64,000 nt of DNA from Candidatus Nomurabacteria bacterium (GTDB taxonomy: Bacteria; Patescibacteriota; Patescibacteriia; Magasanikbacterales; UBA922). Where the stretch lies: the NCBI GenBank assembly GCA_020632445.1, contig JACKFN010000003.1, positions 17,118 through 81,117 on the forward strand, in the 5' to 3' direction. Position numbers and translations under genes: made by a program. Below the pieces are notes generated by a model. The model was not told the origin of the DNA, made no database searches, and was given only the letters and a program-made list of their open reading frames with translations. Position 1 is the stretch's first letter. Each line of letters opens with the position of its first letter. Shown here in pieces: positions 39,778 to 48,787 of the stretch.

Positions 39778-41209
39778 TCCAGTTGTTTCTGAAATGGAAG
39801 GTCAGGTCCTGAAAGACAAGGATCTGGTTTATGATTTAGTGAATGCTTTTGGAAGTCCCCTAAATTTGGTATTTCCCCAAGAAGTTTCAAAAAACCACAA
39901 AGAGTTCACCTCGCTATTTGATGACATGGAGGTTGATGGAAAAATTTTGTACGCTCAAAAAGCAAATAAATCTACTGCGCTTTTAAGGGAGATCATTTAT
40001 CAGGGAGCTGGTACGAACAATGCATCTCTCCCGGAAATTCAGCATGCACTTGCCAACGGATGTCCAGCTGAATGTGCAGAAGCAGGTGGTCCAAAAACGG
40101 AGGAATATGTTTCACATAGCGTTTTTTCAGGTGTGCTGGTGAATATTGATTCGATAAGTGAAATAGAGAGGGTTGTACTATCGGCTCAGGGTCATAACAA
40201 GAAAGCAAGAATCATGCTACGCCTATCGGGGTTTAAGGCAGAAGGGGTTCAGGTCCTCTCAAAACCAACACGGTTTGGGATAAATGTCGATGATTTGGAC
40301 ACTGTATGCGCATATATCCAAAAGCATAATGCACACATCATTTTCGAAGGATTTTCATATCATCTCGATACGGTGGCATTTTCAGAGAAACGTATAGCCT
40401 TGGATGGACTGGTAAAGGCGGTCTTCGTAGCACGTAAGTATGGACTTACAACTCGTTATCTCGATATTGGTGGCGGATACAAGGTAAATTATTTGGAGGA
40501 TAGAAAACAGTGGGATCGGTACATGACGGCTCTTCGTGAAGCACTGCTTGAGAAGCAGCCAGCCCTCACTTGGCAAGGAACAGGGTTTGGTTTGCGAGTG
40601 CACTGTGGTGTGATTCAGGGAAATCTTAACATGTACAGTTATTATGATGATACCGTTGGAAGAGATTATTTGTATGAGCTTTTAAAACAAAAATCTTCCC
40701 ATGCAGACATGAGTTTTATTGAATTTTTTAATCAAACACGAATTACGCTAGTCTTAGAACCTGGTAGAGCTATGCTTGCCGGTGCCGGGATGACGGTTGC
40801 AAAAGTTGATGAGGTGCGTAAGAATTCAAATGGAGATGTATTTGTCCGGTTGGATATGAATAGGGCAGATGTAACGATTCAAGATTTGGAGTTGTTTGTT
40901 GATCCGATGATTGTTTCTCAAAATGAGGAAGCCAAAAAAGAGAAACTTGATGATGGATGTTACCTGATTGGAAACCTCTGTCTTGAATCGGATTTTATTA
41001 GCCGCAGAAAAGTATTCTTGCCGCATTGCCCACAAGTAGGTGACCTCCTGTCTTTTGTAAATAGTGCAGCGTACATTTCTGATTTTAATTCCCATAGCGC
41101 AGCCATGCAAAGAACTGCACAAAAGGTCGCTGTTTACCGGGGAGAAAATGGAAAACTTAAGTGGGTCAAAGACGATCAGTACTGGCCAAAGGTGACTAAC
41201 GAGAAATAA
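39755..41209 (+). CDS. PLP-dependent decarboxylase, fold type III (Orn/DAP/Arg decarboxylase family)
   Basis: YAQKANKS (PLP-lysine motif) and LDIGGGY glycine-rich motif. Confidence 0.7.
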   Translation: MKRCLPLNPVVSEMEGQVLKDKDLVYDLVNAFGSPLNLVFPQEVSKNHKEFTSLFDDMEVDGKILYAQKANKSTALLREIIYQGAGTNNASLPEIQHALANGCPAECAEAGGPKTEEYVSHSVFSGVLVNIDSISEIERVVLSAQGHNKKARIMLRLSGFKAEGVQVLSKPTRFGINVDDLDTVCAYIQKHNAHIIFEGFSYHLDTVAFSEKRIALDGLVKAVFVARKYGLTTRYLDIGGGYKVNYLEDRKQWDRYMTALREALLEKQPALTWQGTGFGLRVHCGVIQGNLNMYSYYDDTVGRDYLYELLKQKSSHADMSFIEFFNQTRITLVLEPGRAMLAGAGMTVAKVDEVRKNSNGDVFVRLDMNRADVTIQDLELFVDPMIVSQNEEAKKEKLDDGCYLIGNLCLESDFISRRKVFLPHCPQVGDLLSFVNSAAYISDFNSHSAAMQRTAQKVAVYRGENGKLKWVKDDQYWPKVTNEK

Positions 41210-41212
41210 CAT

Positions 41213-42532
41213 ATGGCAGTTGCAAAACATATAAGTGAACTTATTGGGAATACTCCCTTACTTGAGATTCCAAAGGAAGTCCATGGTCTCAAGAATATTC
41301 GGATGTATGCCAAGCTTGAAATGCAAAACATTGTGGGTTCTTTGAAGGACCGTATTGCTTGGAATATTTTGAAAGATGACATACAAGAGATTGGCAAGAA
41401 GAGGCAGCAAATCGTGGAGCTTTCAAGCGGAAACACGGCAAAGGCACTTACCATTTTTGCCGGCATGTACGGCGCTTCGTTCAAGACAGTAACAAACCGC
41501 ATTAAAGTACCAGAACAAAAGGATATACTTATGCTTCTCGGGGCAGAAATTGAGGAGTTGCCTGGTTTATCTGAATGTCCAGATTTAACAAATCCAAATG
41601 ATCCTTTGACATACATTGTAAAACAAATCAACGCGCAACCAGAGAGATACTATCATACGGATCAGTACTTCAATTCTAAGAACCAAGAAGCTCACTACAA
41701 AGGAACTGGACAAGAGATCTTGGATGATCTTGGGAAAGCACCTGACTACTTTGTCGTCGGTCTGGGTACGGCAGGCTCATCTTCTGGTGTGACTCGGAGA
41801 CTGAGAGAAGAGAATCCGAATATGGTAACTGTGGGAATTGTCGCTGACAAAGCTGATTTTATTCCGGGTATTAGAACTATCGATGAGATGTATGAAGTAG
41901 GGCTTTTTGATCCTGATAACTACAAAAACATTGAGGTTGTGAATTCTCAAGAGGCAGTAGATGGGTCACTTGAACTGATTCGAAAGGTTGGATTGCTTGC
42001 AGGACCAACAAGTGGATCTACCTACCAGGGAGCTTTGAAATACTTGCAAAATATTGATAAAGAGCTTACTGAAGAAAAGTCAGTAGTCTTTATTGCCTGC
42101 GATAGGGTAGAAACATATATTTCATACTTCAAAAAGCGCCGTCCAGAACTTTTTCATGTAAAAGAGAATGAGGTATTTACAATTACTCATGGCGAGGTGG
42201 AAGATCACTACGAATCAATTTCTATTGATCAAATTGATAGATATATAGAGGAGAATAATCCACTCATTATTGATATGCGTGGAACACTGGCGTTTCAGCT
42301 CGGAAGTATTCACAAAAAAGCAATAAACATTCCACTGTCATCATTTGAGGAAATGCTCGCCCAGGGACTTCCATTTGCCAAAAACCAAGCGGTTCTTTTG
42401 GTGTGTCCCGTGGGTTCAAGAACAAAAAAATATAGTGCCATTATCAATATGCGTGGAGGCAAGGCAGTGAGTCTTGAGGGGGGGATTTCCAGTTGGGTTC
42501 ATAGCGGAAGAAAATTGATTGATCTGTCGTAA
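41213..42532 (+). CDS. cysteine synthase/CBS-like fold-II PLP enzyme fused to C-terminal rhodanese domain
   Basis: GNTPLLEI...SLKDRIAWN PLP-lysine motif; C-terminal LLVCPVGSRTKK...GGISSW rhodanese-like. Confidence 0.7.
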   Translation: MAVAKHISELIGNTPLLEIPKEVHGLKNIRMYAKLEMQNIVGSLKDRIAWNILKDDIQEIGKKRQQIVELSSGNTAKALTIFAGMYGASFKTVTNRIKVPEQKDILMLLGAEIEELPGLSECPDLTNPNDPLTYIVKQINAQPERYYHTDQYFNSKNQEAHYKGTGQEILDDLGKAPDYFVVGLGTAGSSSGVTRRLREENPNMVTVGIVADKADFIPGIRTIDEMYEVGLFDPDNYKNIEVVNSQEAVDGSLELIRKVGLLAGPTSGSTYQGALKYLQNIDKELTEEKSVVFIACDRVETYISYFKKRRPELFHVKENEVFTITHGEVEDHYESISIDQIDRYIEENNPLIIDMRGTLAFQLGSIHKKAINIPLSSFEEMLAQGLPFAKNQAVLLVCPVGSRTKKYSAIINMRGGKAVSLEGGISSWVHSGRKLIDLS

Positions 42533-42534
42533 TG

Positions 42535-43041
42535 TTACTCCTGTGCAACAAACTTCAGCGCCAATCCATTGATACAGTAACGTTTTCCTGTAGGCTCTGG
42601 ACCATCATCAAATACATGGCCTAGATGACTTCCACATTTTTTGCTTCGTACTTCTATTCGTTTGTACCCGAGGCTCCAGTCTTCTACGAGAACAACTGCA
42701 TCCGGATCGATCGGTGCCGTAAAGCTTGGCCAACCAGTACCGCTGTCAAATTTATCATCAGAAGAAAAGAGCGGTTCACCACAGTCGGCGCTTACGTAGG
42801 TACCTTTTTCTTTATTTTCATTGAGAGGACTTGAAAAAGGGGGTTCTGTGCCTTCTTCACGTAAGATGTGATATTGCTCTGGTGTGAGGATTTTTCTCCA
42901 TTCCTCTTCAGATTTGGTGATTTCTGCATGGAAACTCTGAGATTTTTCGTCATGGACTGAGTTGTACGTCAAGATCACTCCAGCGTAGACAATGATCAGG
43001 AGTCCCAGTATGGAGAAAATTCTGGTAATGTGTCTGGGCAT
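42535..43041 (-). CDS. msrB: peptide-methionine (R)-S-oxide reductase MsrB (membrane-anchored)
   Basis: GTGWPSF and RxExxCxxCxxHLGHVF motifs; N-terminal TM. Confidence 0.85.
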   Translation of the reverse strand: MPRHITRIFSILGLLIIVYAGVILTYNSVHDEKSQSFHAEITKSEEEWRKILTPEQYHILREEGTEPPFSSPLNENKEKGTYVSADCGEPLFSSDDKFDSGTGWPSFTAPIDPDAVVLVEDWSLGYKRIEVRSKKCGSHLGHVFDDGPEPTGKRYCINGLALKFVAQE

Positions 43042-43092
43042 AGGCTCTTTTCCTTTTTAATAGTTTTGCTATAATTATGGCAAATTTTTCTT

Positions 43093-43809
43093 ATGAAATC
43101 TATACAGAAGTTTTCGCTCAGGCCAGGGGAGGTTATATCCCAGAAATACAAAATTCTCAGGCGGGTGGGGTCAGGTTTGGAGTCTGAGGTGTATTTGGTA
43201 AAAGAACTCAAAACCGGGATTGAGCGCGCAATTAAAATGTACTTTCCTCATCGAAACAAGCAGAATAGAACGCTCAAGTTTGGTGCGCGCAAAATGCACA
43301 AACTTCGAAATTGTAATATTCTTGTGCAGTACCATAACCATGATACCTTTTTTTGGAAAGATTACAAAATAGATTATCTGGTTTCAGAATTTGTTGAGGG
43401 CGAGATGCTTGCTGACTTTGTTAAAAAGCTTCCTGGTAAGCACATGCAGCCATTTCAAGCACTACATCTGCTACATGCACTGGTAAGCGGGCTTGAACAA
43501 CTTCACAAGAACAAAGAATATCACGGCGATATCCACACAGAAAATATCATGGTCCTTCGGCAGGGGCTTACGTTTGAATTGAAGCTTATTGATTTTTATA
43601 ATTGGGGTCCATCAAAAAAACAGCACATGGATGATGACATCCATCAAGCTATAAAAGTGTTTTATGAAATTTTGGGTGGTGCGAAATACTATCAGCGTCA
43701 GCCACAGATCGTGAAAGACATTTGTCTTGGTTGTAAGAAAAGTTTAATCTTAAAACAGTACAAAAATGCGACAAAGCTTCGCGAGTTTATGGAGGGGGTA
43801 AGGTGGTAG
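43093..43809 (+). CDS. protein-kinase-like fold protein (Kdo/WaaP/RIO-like small kinase)
   Basis: YHGDIHTENIMV catalytic loop; IKMYFP lysine region. Confidence 0.55.
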   Translation: MKSIQKFSLRPGEVISQKYKILRRVGSGLESEVYLVKELKTGIERAIKMYFPHRNKQNRTLKFGARKMHKLRNCNILVQYHNHDTFFWKDYKIDYLVSEFVEGEMLADFVKKLPGKHMQPFQALHLLHALVSGLEQLHKNKEYHGDIHTENIMVLRQGLTFELKLIDFYNWGPSKKQHMDDDIHQAIKVFYEILGGAKYYQRQPQIVKDICLGCKKSLILKQYKNATKLREFMEGVRW

Positions 43810-43975
43810 TGGTGTGGATAACTAAGAAATTTTGAGGTATCCAATGGGTGCTTTTTTTGTTTTTTCTCTAATATATGGGCTTTTTTGGTTTTACAGTTTA
43901 ACAATTTTCAAGGATGAAAAAATATGTTAGAATGGGTGAGGTGCAAACATCTTTGGCGAGCGCCTGGGAGGGCAC

Positions 43976-44215
43976 ATGTGCGTTACGTATAGAATCGACA
44001 GGATTGATGCTGGTGAACCGATCGTGGGTTGTACCTGCGGCAGCGGGGAGGTTGCCTCTGTGCAGGACTTGGGCACGGTCACCTGCCAGGTCATGTGCAC
44101 CTGTGGCGTCAAGTTCCTTCGTCAGACTGACGGCACCGCGCATTCGGTGAACGGCCCGGCTCCGGCGAGCATCCGCGATCGCGGTTCGGCCTCCGGCTAT
44201 GGCATCGGCGGCTAA
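43976..44215 (+). CDS. small Cys-rich protein encoded in GC-rich insert (tentative)
   Basis: 79 aa ORF, GGGAGGG 4 nt upstream of ATG; CTCG...CQVMCTCG; GC-rich DNA gives ORFs on several frames, so low confidence. Confidence 0.3.
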   Translation: MCVTYRIDRIDAGEPIVGCTCGSGEVASVQDLGTVTCQVMCTCGVKFLRQTDGTAHSVNGPAPASIRDRGSASGYGIGG

Positions 44216-44298
44216 CCAACTACACTTCAACACACCCCACCAATACTACCCACCACATCAATCGTGTTTTCTACTGTGAGTAGAAAATTGGATAGCAC

Positions 44299-44335
44299 AA
44301 AAACGCTGAAAAGGCGTTTTTTTGCTTGTTTTTTG
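44299..44335 (+). terminator. Rho-independent terminator after GC-rich insert
   Basis: aaaacgc-tgaaaag-gcgttttttt gcttgttttttg. Confidence 0.5.
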
Positions 44336-44392
44336 TACTTTTATATGCAAAAAATTCGCATAACCTGGGAAAATAGTGTATGATCACTCAAT

Positions 44393-46192
44393 ATGTCCAT
44401 ATTGTTGCAAATCAGTAATCTCCAGAAAGCCTATCACCAGAGGCCTCTTTTTGATGGTCTCTCTTTGTCAGTAGAAAACAACCAGCACATCGCCGTGATT
44501 GGTCGTAATGGTGCAGGCAAGTCTACGCTTTTCAAGATTATCATGGGTGAAATCACACCAGAGGATGGTGAGGTTCAGGTATACGACAAAACGCGCATCG
44601 GGTATATCAAACAACAAGAAGAAGACCTGGATCTGTCAGAGAGTGTGATCGACTATCTGATGGAAGTGAGCGGTAAGCCATCATGGGAGTGTGCAAAGAT
44701 GGCTGGAACGTTTGACCTGAAAGGTGATCAATTAGACAGAAATATTGGATCATTTTCTGGGGGATATCATATGCGTGTAAAGCTCTTGGGGATGCTTTTG
44801 CAAGATCCAAATCTTTTGCTCCTTGATGAGCCAACAAACTACCTCGATCTATCAGCTCTTTTGCTGCTCGAACAATTTTTGCAAAATTTCCGTGGAAGCT
44901 TTTTGCTCATATCGCATGATAGAGAGTTTCTTCGGCGTAGTTGTGACAAAACATTAGAGATCAGTCGAGGTAAAGCTCTATATTTTCCGGGACCACTTGA
45001 GACGTATTTGGAGCACAAGGCAACGCAAGAAGAATTTACTAGAAGATACAACAAAAAAATTGCCAGAGAGAAAAGACATTTGCAATCATTTGTGGACAGG
45101 TTTCGCTATCAAGCAACCAAGGCTTCGCAGGCACAATCAAAACTCAAACAAATACATAAACTCAAGGAACTCGAAGTGCAGGCGTCGCTGGCAACCGCCT
45201 CGATTGTTTTGCCTGCCGTGGAGCAGGTAAAGGGTGAAGCAATGTCCATTACCGATGGTGCTATTGGATATGGTGAGTCAGTGATCGCCAAAGATGTAAC
45301 GTTTTCGGTTGATAGAGGTGAGCATATTGCGATTGTCGGAGACAATGGCCAAGGAAAGACGACGCTCCTCAAAACGCTCGCAGGCGCGATTCCTTTGCTT
45401 GGTGGAAGCATGCGTATGCACCACAAGATTTCCATGGGGTATTATGCGCAGCATGTTCCAGACATGCTTGATCCAAAGGACACGGTCGAAGGTCATTTGC
45501 TGCGTGTGGGAGGGGGTTATCTCACTGATCAGCAGGTATATAAGATGGCAGGAGATTTTTTATTTCGTGATGATGATTTGAAAAAAACGGTAGCAGTACT
45601 CAGTGGAGGAGAAAAGGCGCGTCTGAGCCTGGCTGGGTTGCTTTTGCAAAAGCATGATTTGCTCCTGCTCGATGAGCCAACTAACCATCTGGATTTTGAG
45701 ACCGTGGACGCGCTTGCGCAGGCTTTATCACAGTCAAATATGACAATTCTTTTTGTCAGCCACGATCGTGCATTTGTGGGAAAGATTGCGAGCAGTGTCA
45801 TTGAGGTTGAGGGAGGAAAAGTGCGCAGAACGTATCATGATTATGACAATTATGTCTACCACCTTAAGAAAAAACTGCATGTTGATGAAAAAGGTACTTT
45901 TGAAGTCCAAAATAAAGAAAAAAGTGAAAAGGAAATGCGCAGGGATCTCTATCAAGAAATAAAAGATGCTAAAAAGTCTCTACTTACTTGCGAGAGAGAA
46001 ATGAGTGAAGCGGAAAAGCAAAAACAAGAGCTGTTTGCTTGGTTTGAAAAAAATGCGACCCAGTATAATGCGCAAAAGAGTAAGGAACTTGAGGAAGTGG
46101 AAAGCGCAATCGCTCATCTTGAAAAGCAGTGGGTAGAGCTGCAAGGGGAAATTGAGGGAAAAGAGCAAGAGCTTTTTGCTCTGCAGGCTTAG
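44393..46192 (+). CDS. ABC-F family ATPase (two tandem ABC domains, no TMD)
   Basis: Two Walker A (GRNGAGKST; GDNGQGKTT), two LSGG signatures, linker, C-terminal coiled-coil. Confidence 0.85.
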   Translation: MSILLQISNLQKAYHQRPLFDGLSLSVENNQHIAVIGRNGAGKSTLFKIIMGEITPEDGEVQVYDKTRIGYIKQQEEDLDLSESVIDYLMEVSGKPSWECAKMAGTFDLKGDQLDRNIGSFSGGYHMRVKLLGMLLQDPNLLLLDEPTNYLDLSALLLLEQFLQNFRGSFLLISHDREFLRRSCDKTLEISRGKALYFPGPLETYLEHKATQEEFTRRYNKKIAREKRHLQSFVDRFRYQATKASQAQSKLKQIHKLKELEVQASLATASIVLPAVEQVKGEAMSITDGAIGYGESVIAKDVTFSVDRGEHIAIVGDNGQGKTTLLKTLAGAIPLLGGSMRMHHKISMGYYAQHVPDMLDPKDTVEGHLLRVGGGYLTDQQVYKMAGDFLFRDDDLKKTVAVLSGGEKARLSLAGLLLQKHDLLLLDEPTNHLDFETVDALAQALSQSNMTILFVSHDRAFVGKIASSVIEVEGGKVRRTYHDYDNYVYHLKKKLHVDEKGTFEVQNKEKSEKEMRRDLYQEIKDAKKSLLTCEREMSEAEKQKQELFAWFEKNATQYNAQKSKELEEVESAIAHLEKQWVELQGEIEGKEQELFALQA

Positions 46193-46200
46193 GGGTGACT

Positions 46201-46662
46201 TTAAATCTTCTTCCAAAGCTCTACGGTCACTTCGCTCATTCCGGCTTTTTGATAAAAACTTCGTGATAAGTCATTTTCTGCATCAGTTTGGGTTGTCATA
46301 TGATCGCAGCCTTGTTTTTTGAATTCTGATTCTAGCATTTCAAAGAGACTTTTTGCTATTCCTTTTCCTCGTGCGTCTTCATCAACAAATAACTCATCGA
46401 TATATCCGAGTGAAGAAAGAACATGGCTTGCACGGTTTGTCACTGTACCACGGATGAACCCAAGCGGACTTGAGTCGTTGTCTCGAGCGATCAAAACAAT
46501 ACTTTTTGTGAGGTCGTCTTCGTTGAATGGTTCATGGGGGTTAATTCTGTCGTGAAATGCTTTGTTCTCAGCTGTATAGTTGCTGTGCCTGTATGCATCA
46601 AGTTTGGCATCGAGTGCTAGGAGGTCGCCCAGATCTTCTGTTGTGGCTTTGCGTATGTTCAT
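46201..46662 (-). CDS. GNAT family N-acetyltransferase
   Basis: IDELFVDEDARGKGIAKSLF...FYQKAGM acetyl-CoA-binding motif. Confidence 0.75.
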   Translation of the reverse strand: MNIRKATTEDLGDLLALDAKLDAYRHSNYTAENKAFHDRINPHEPFNEDDLTKSIVLIARDNDSSPLGFIRGTVTNRASHVLSSLGYIDELFVDEDARGKGIAKSLFEMLESEFKKQGCDHMTTQTDAENDLSRSFYQKAGMSEVTVELWKKI

Positions 46663-46700
46663 ATTTTAGGTTTTTTGTCGGGTTTGATAAGTAACTACAT

Positions 46701-47207
46701 CTATTTCAATATTTGATCTAAAATCATTGTCGCTACTTTCACCGGTTTTGTAGATGTGGTGTCGATCATAAAAAATCCGAGGTGTTTTTTTGATTGAAAC
46801 AAAGAGATGTTTTTTTCGGCCCGTTCCTTTGTGAGGTCACCACCATTTCTTTTGGTTCGGTCAACAACGCGCTCAAATGCAACTTTTGGGTCAGCATGAA
46901 TCTGGTATTTATGGCAATTGATATGGTGTTTTTTTGCCAGCTGCTCATATTCCTGAACCATCTTCTCGGTTCGAAACGGTTGCTCAACAATGACAGAAAG
47001 ACCTAGCTGCAAATATTTTTCAGCCATAGCAAAGGTAACTGCGCGGGCAATATCATTATCACGTACACCGCGTTCAAAATCAGATACAAGTCTTTTGATG
47101 ACATCCATTCCAACGTGCGCGGTACGCGGAAGTTTTTCGAGAAGGAGTTTTGTGGTTGTCGTTTTTCCTGCACCCGACATTCCGTCTATGAGTATGAGTT
47201 GCTGCAT
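46701..47207 (-). CDS. P-loop kinase (AAA_33 / zeta-toxin-like)
   Basis: LILIDGMSGAGKTTT Walker A at N-terminus, 168 aa. Confidence 0.6.
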   Translation of the reverse strand: MQQLILIDGMSGAGKTTTTKLLLEKLPRTAHVGMDVIKRLVSDFERGVRDNDIARAVTFAMAEKYLQLGLSVIVEQPFRTEKMVQEYEQLAKKHHINCHKYQIHADPKVAFERVVDRTKRNGGDLTKERAEKNISLFQSKKHLGFFMIDTTSTKPVKVATMILDQILK

Positions 47208-47219
47208 AAGATAATGTTG

Positions 47220-48066
47220 CTAAGAATCTATTTTGTAAAATTCTTTTACCATCGGGTAAACCTGCTCTAACAGAGATCTGTTTGAGGCGGCAATATAGGA
47301 ATTTTTCCATTTTAATTCGGGCTGAGCATAGTCGAGTTCATTTCCACATATATCGGCTATGCATCCACCAGCTTCTTCGAGTATCACTTGTGGGGCAAGA
47401 GTATCCCATTTGCTCGCGCGTAGGTTAGTATTGATATGAAGTTCTGCTTCACCACAGGCGATTTTTGGAACCTTTATTCCACTATCATGAATACTTTCTT
47501 TTCTTGGCATTTTTTCAACAACAGCGTCAAGTTCACGCTTATCAGATCCGGGGCTTCTGGTAATGATTCTGACTTCATTTAAGTCGGTAAGAGTGCTTAC
47601 ATGTATACGTCTGTAGTTTTCTTCCGTTTTTTCATATGCACCTTGGCCCTTTTGTGCCCAGAAAAGACGTTTTCTCGCTGGGGCGTAGACAACACCAAGA
47701 GTTGGCATACCATTTTCAAGCAATCCTATATGAATCGCGAAACCATCCTTTCCTTTAAGAAAATCTTTTGTACCATCCAGAGGATCAACCATCCAGATTC
47801 TTTTTGAACAGTCCGTAGGAATAGCATCATTTTCTTCAGAGAGGATGAAGTCATTTGGGAATTGTTTTTTGAGTTCATTTCGAATATACTCATCAGATTC
47901 TTTATCGGCGGTGCTTACTGGGTCAAAGTCGTCTGAATTCTTGTACTCGACTGCGATATTTTGTTTGAAGTGCTTGAGAAGAATATCACCCGCGTGGAGT
48001 GCTATATCAATGATTATTCGTAGCTCGTGGGAAGGTTCTGGTTGTTGTATGCCTTGTAGATTCATA
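47220..48066 (-). CDS. inositol monophosphatase / CysQ family phosphatase
   Basis: WMVDPLDGTKDF and EEND motifs; start at MNLQG (upstream extension in the ORF track overlaps the module promoter). Confidence 0.8.
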
Positions 48067-48084
48067 TGAATACAATATACCTTT

Positions 48085-48250
48085 TTTCTTAGAAAAGTTC
48101 TAATCTTGGTAAGAGTATAAAAAAACGTCGCTAAAATTAGCGACGAAATGCTGAGCAGAGGATCGTAAAGGATGTTGGAACGGGAATTCAAAATAGGGAA
48201 GGTTATGAAACTATACCAAGTATATAGGTGGACGTCCCCCATGCGAATTG
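48085..48250. repeat. divergent copy of the cassette module (copy B)
   Basis: aaaaaacgtcgct-aaaatt-agcgacgaaatgctgagcagaggatcgtaaaggatgttggaacgggaattcaaaatagggaaggttatg... Confidence 0.5.
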
Positions 48251-48282
48251 ACTATATTCTTGATTGACTTCCTAAACGATTT

Positions 48283-48735
48283 GTGATAGAATATATGTAT
48301 ATGAACTTCTTTCGTAGGCATCAACTCAAGATTTTCTCAATAGCCCTTCTTGTGGCGCTTGTTTTCTTTTGTAAGGGTGCTTCTTTGAATATGGTGGCCT
48401 ATGGATCACAAATGCATCACGGTGATACTATGAACATGGACCATATGACGGATCAGAATTCTGATTCATCAGCTATGGATTGTTGTGGTACAGCTGCAAG
48501 TCAGGGGCATGATGTGGCCATTTCATTGCCGCTTTTTAGTGGATTCATTGCTTTGCTTGGTGTGGTATTTTTTGTTTCTGTCTTGATAAATTGGAATAGC
48601 TTCGTACGTGCATGCATCTCGCTTAGTCTTCGAGAGAAAATACGATTGAAACGACATAGACACCGCGCAGTCAAACTCTTGTCATATTTCACTACTCTAT
48701 TTCAAGTAGGAATTCTTCATCCAAAAACACACTAG
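48283..48735 (+). CDS. Met/His-rich membrane-anchored putative metal-binding protein
   Basis: MHHGDTMNMDHMTDQ...MDCCGT, TM helix; first gene of metal-efflux cluster. Confidence 0.45.
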   Translation: MIEYMYMNFFRRHQLKIFSIALLVALVFFCKGASLNMVAYGSQMHHGDTMNMDHMTDQNSDSSAMDCCGTAASQGHDVAISLPLFSGFIALLGVVFFVSVLINWNSFVRACISLSLREKIRLKRHRHRAVKLLSYFTTLFQVGILHPKTH

Positions 48736-48787
48736 TTCGTAAATAGCTCTGCTTTGGTGTATTGGAAACAATACTGGCAGAGTTTTT

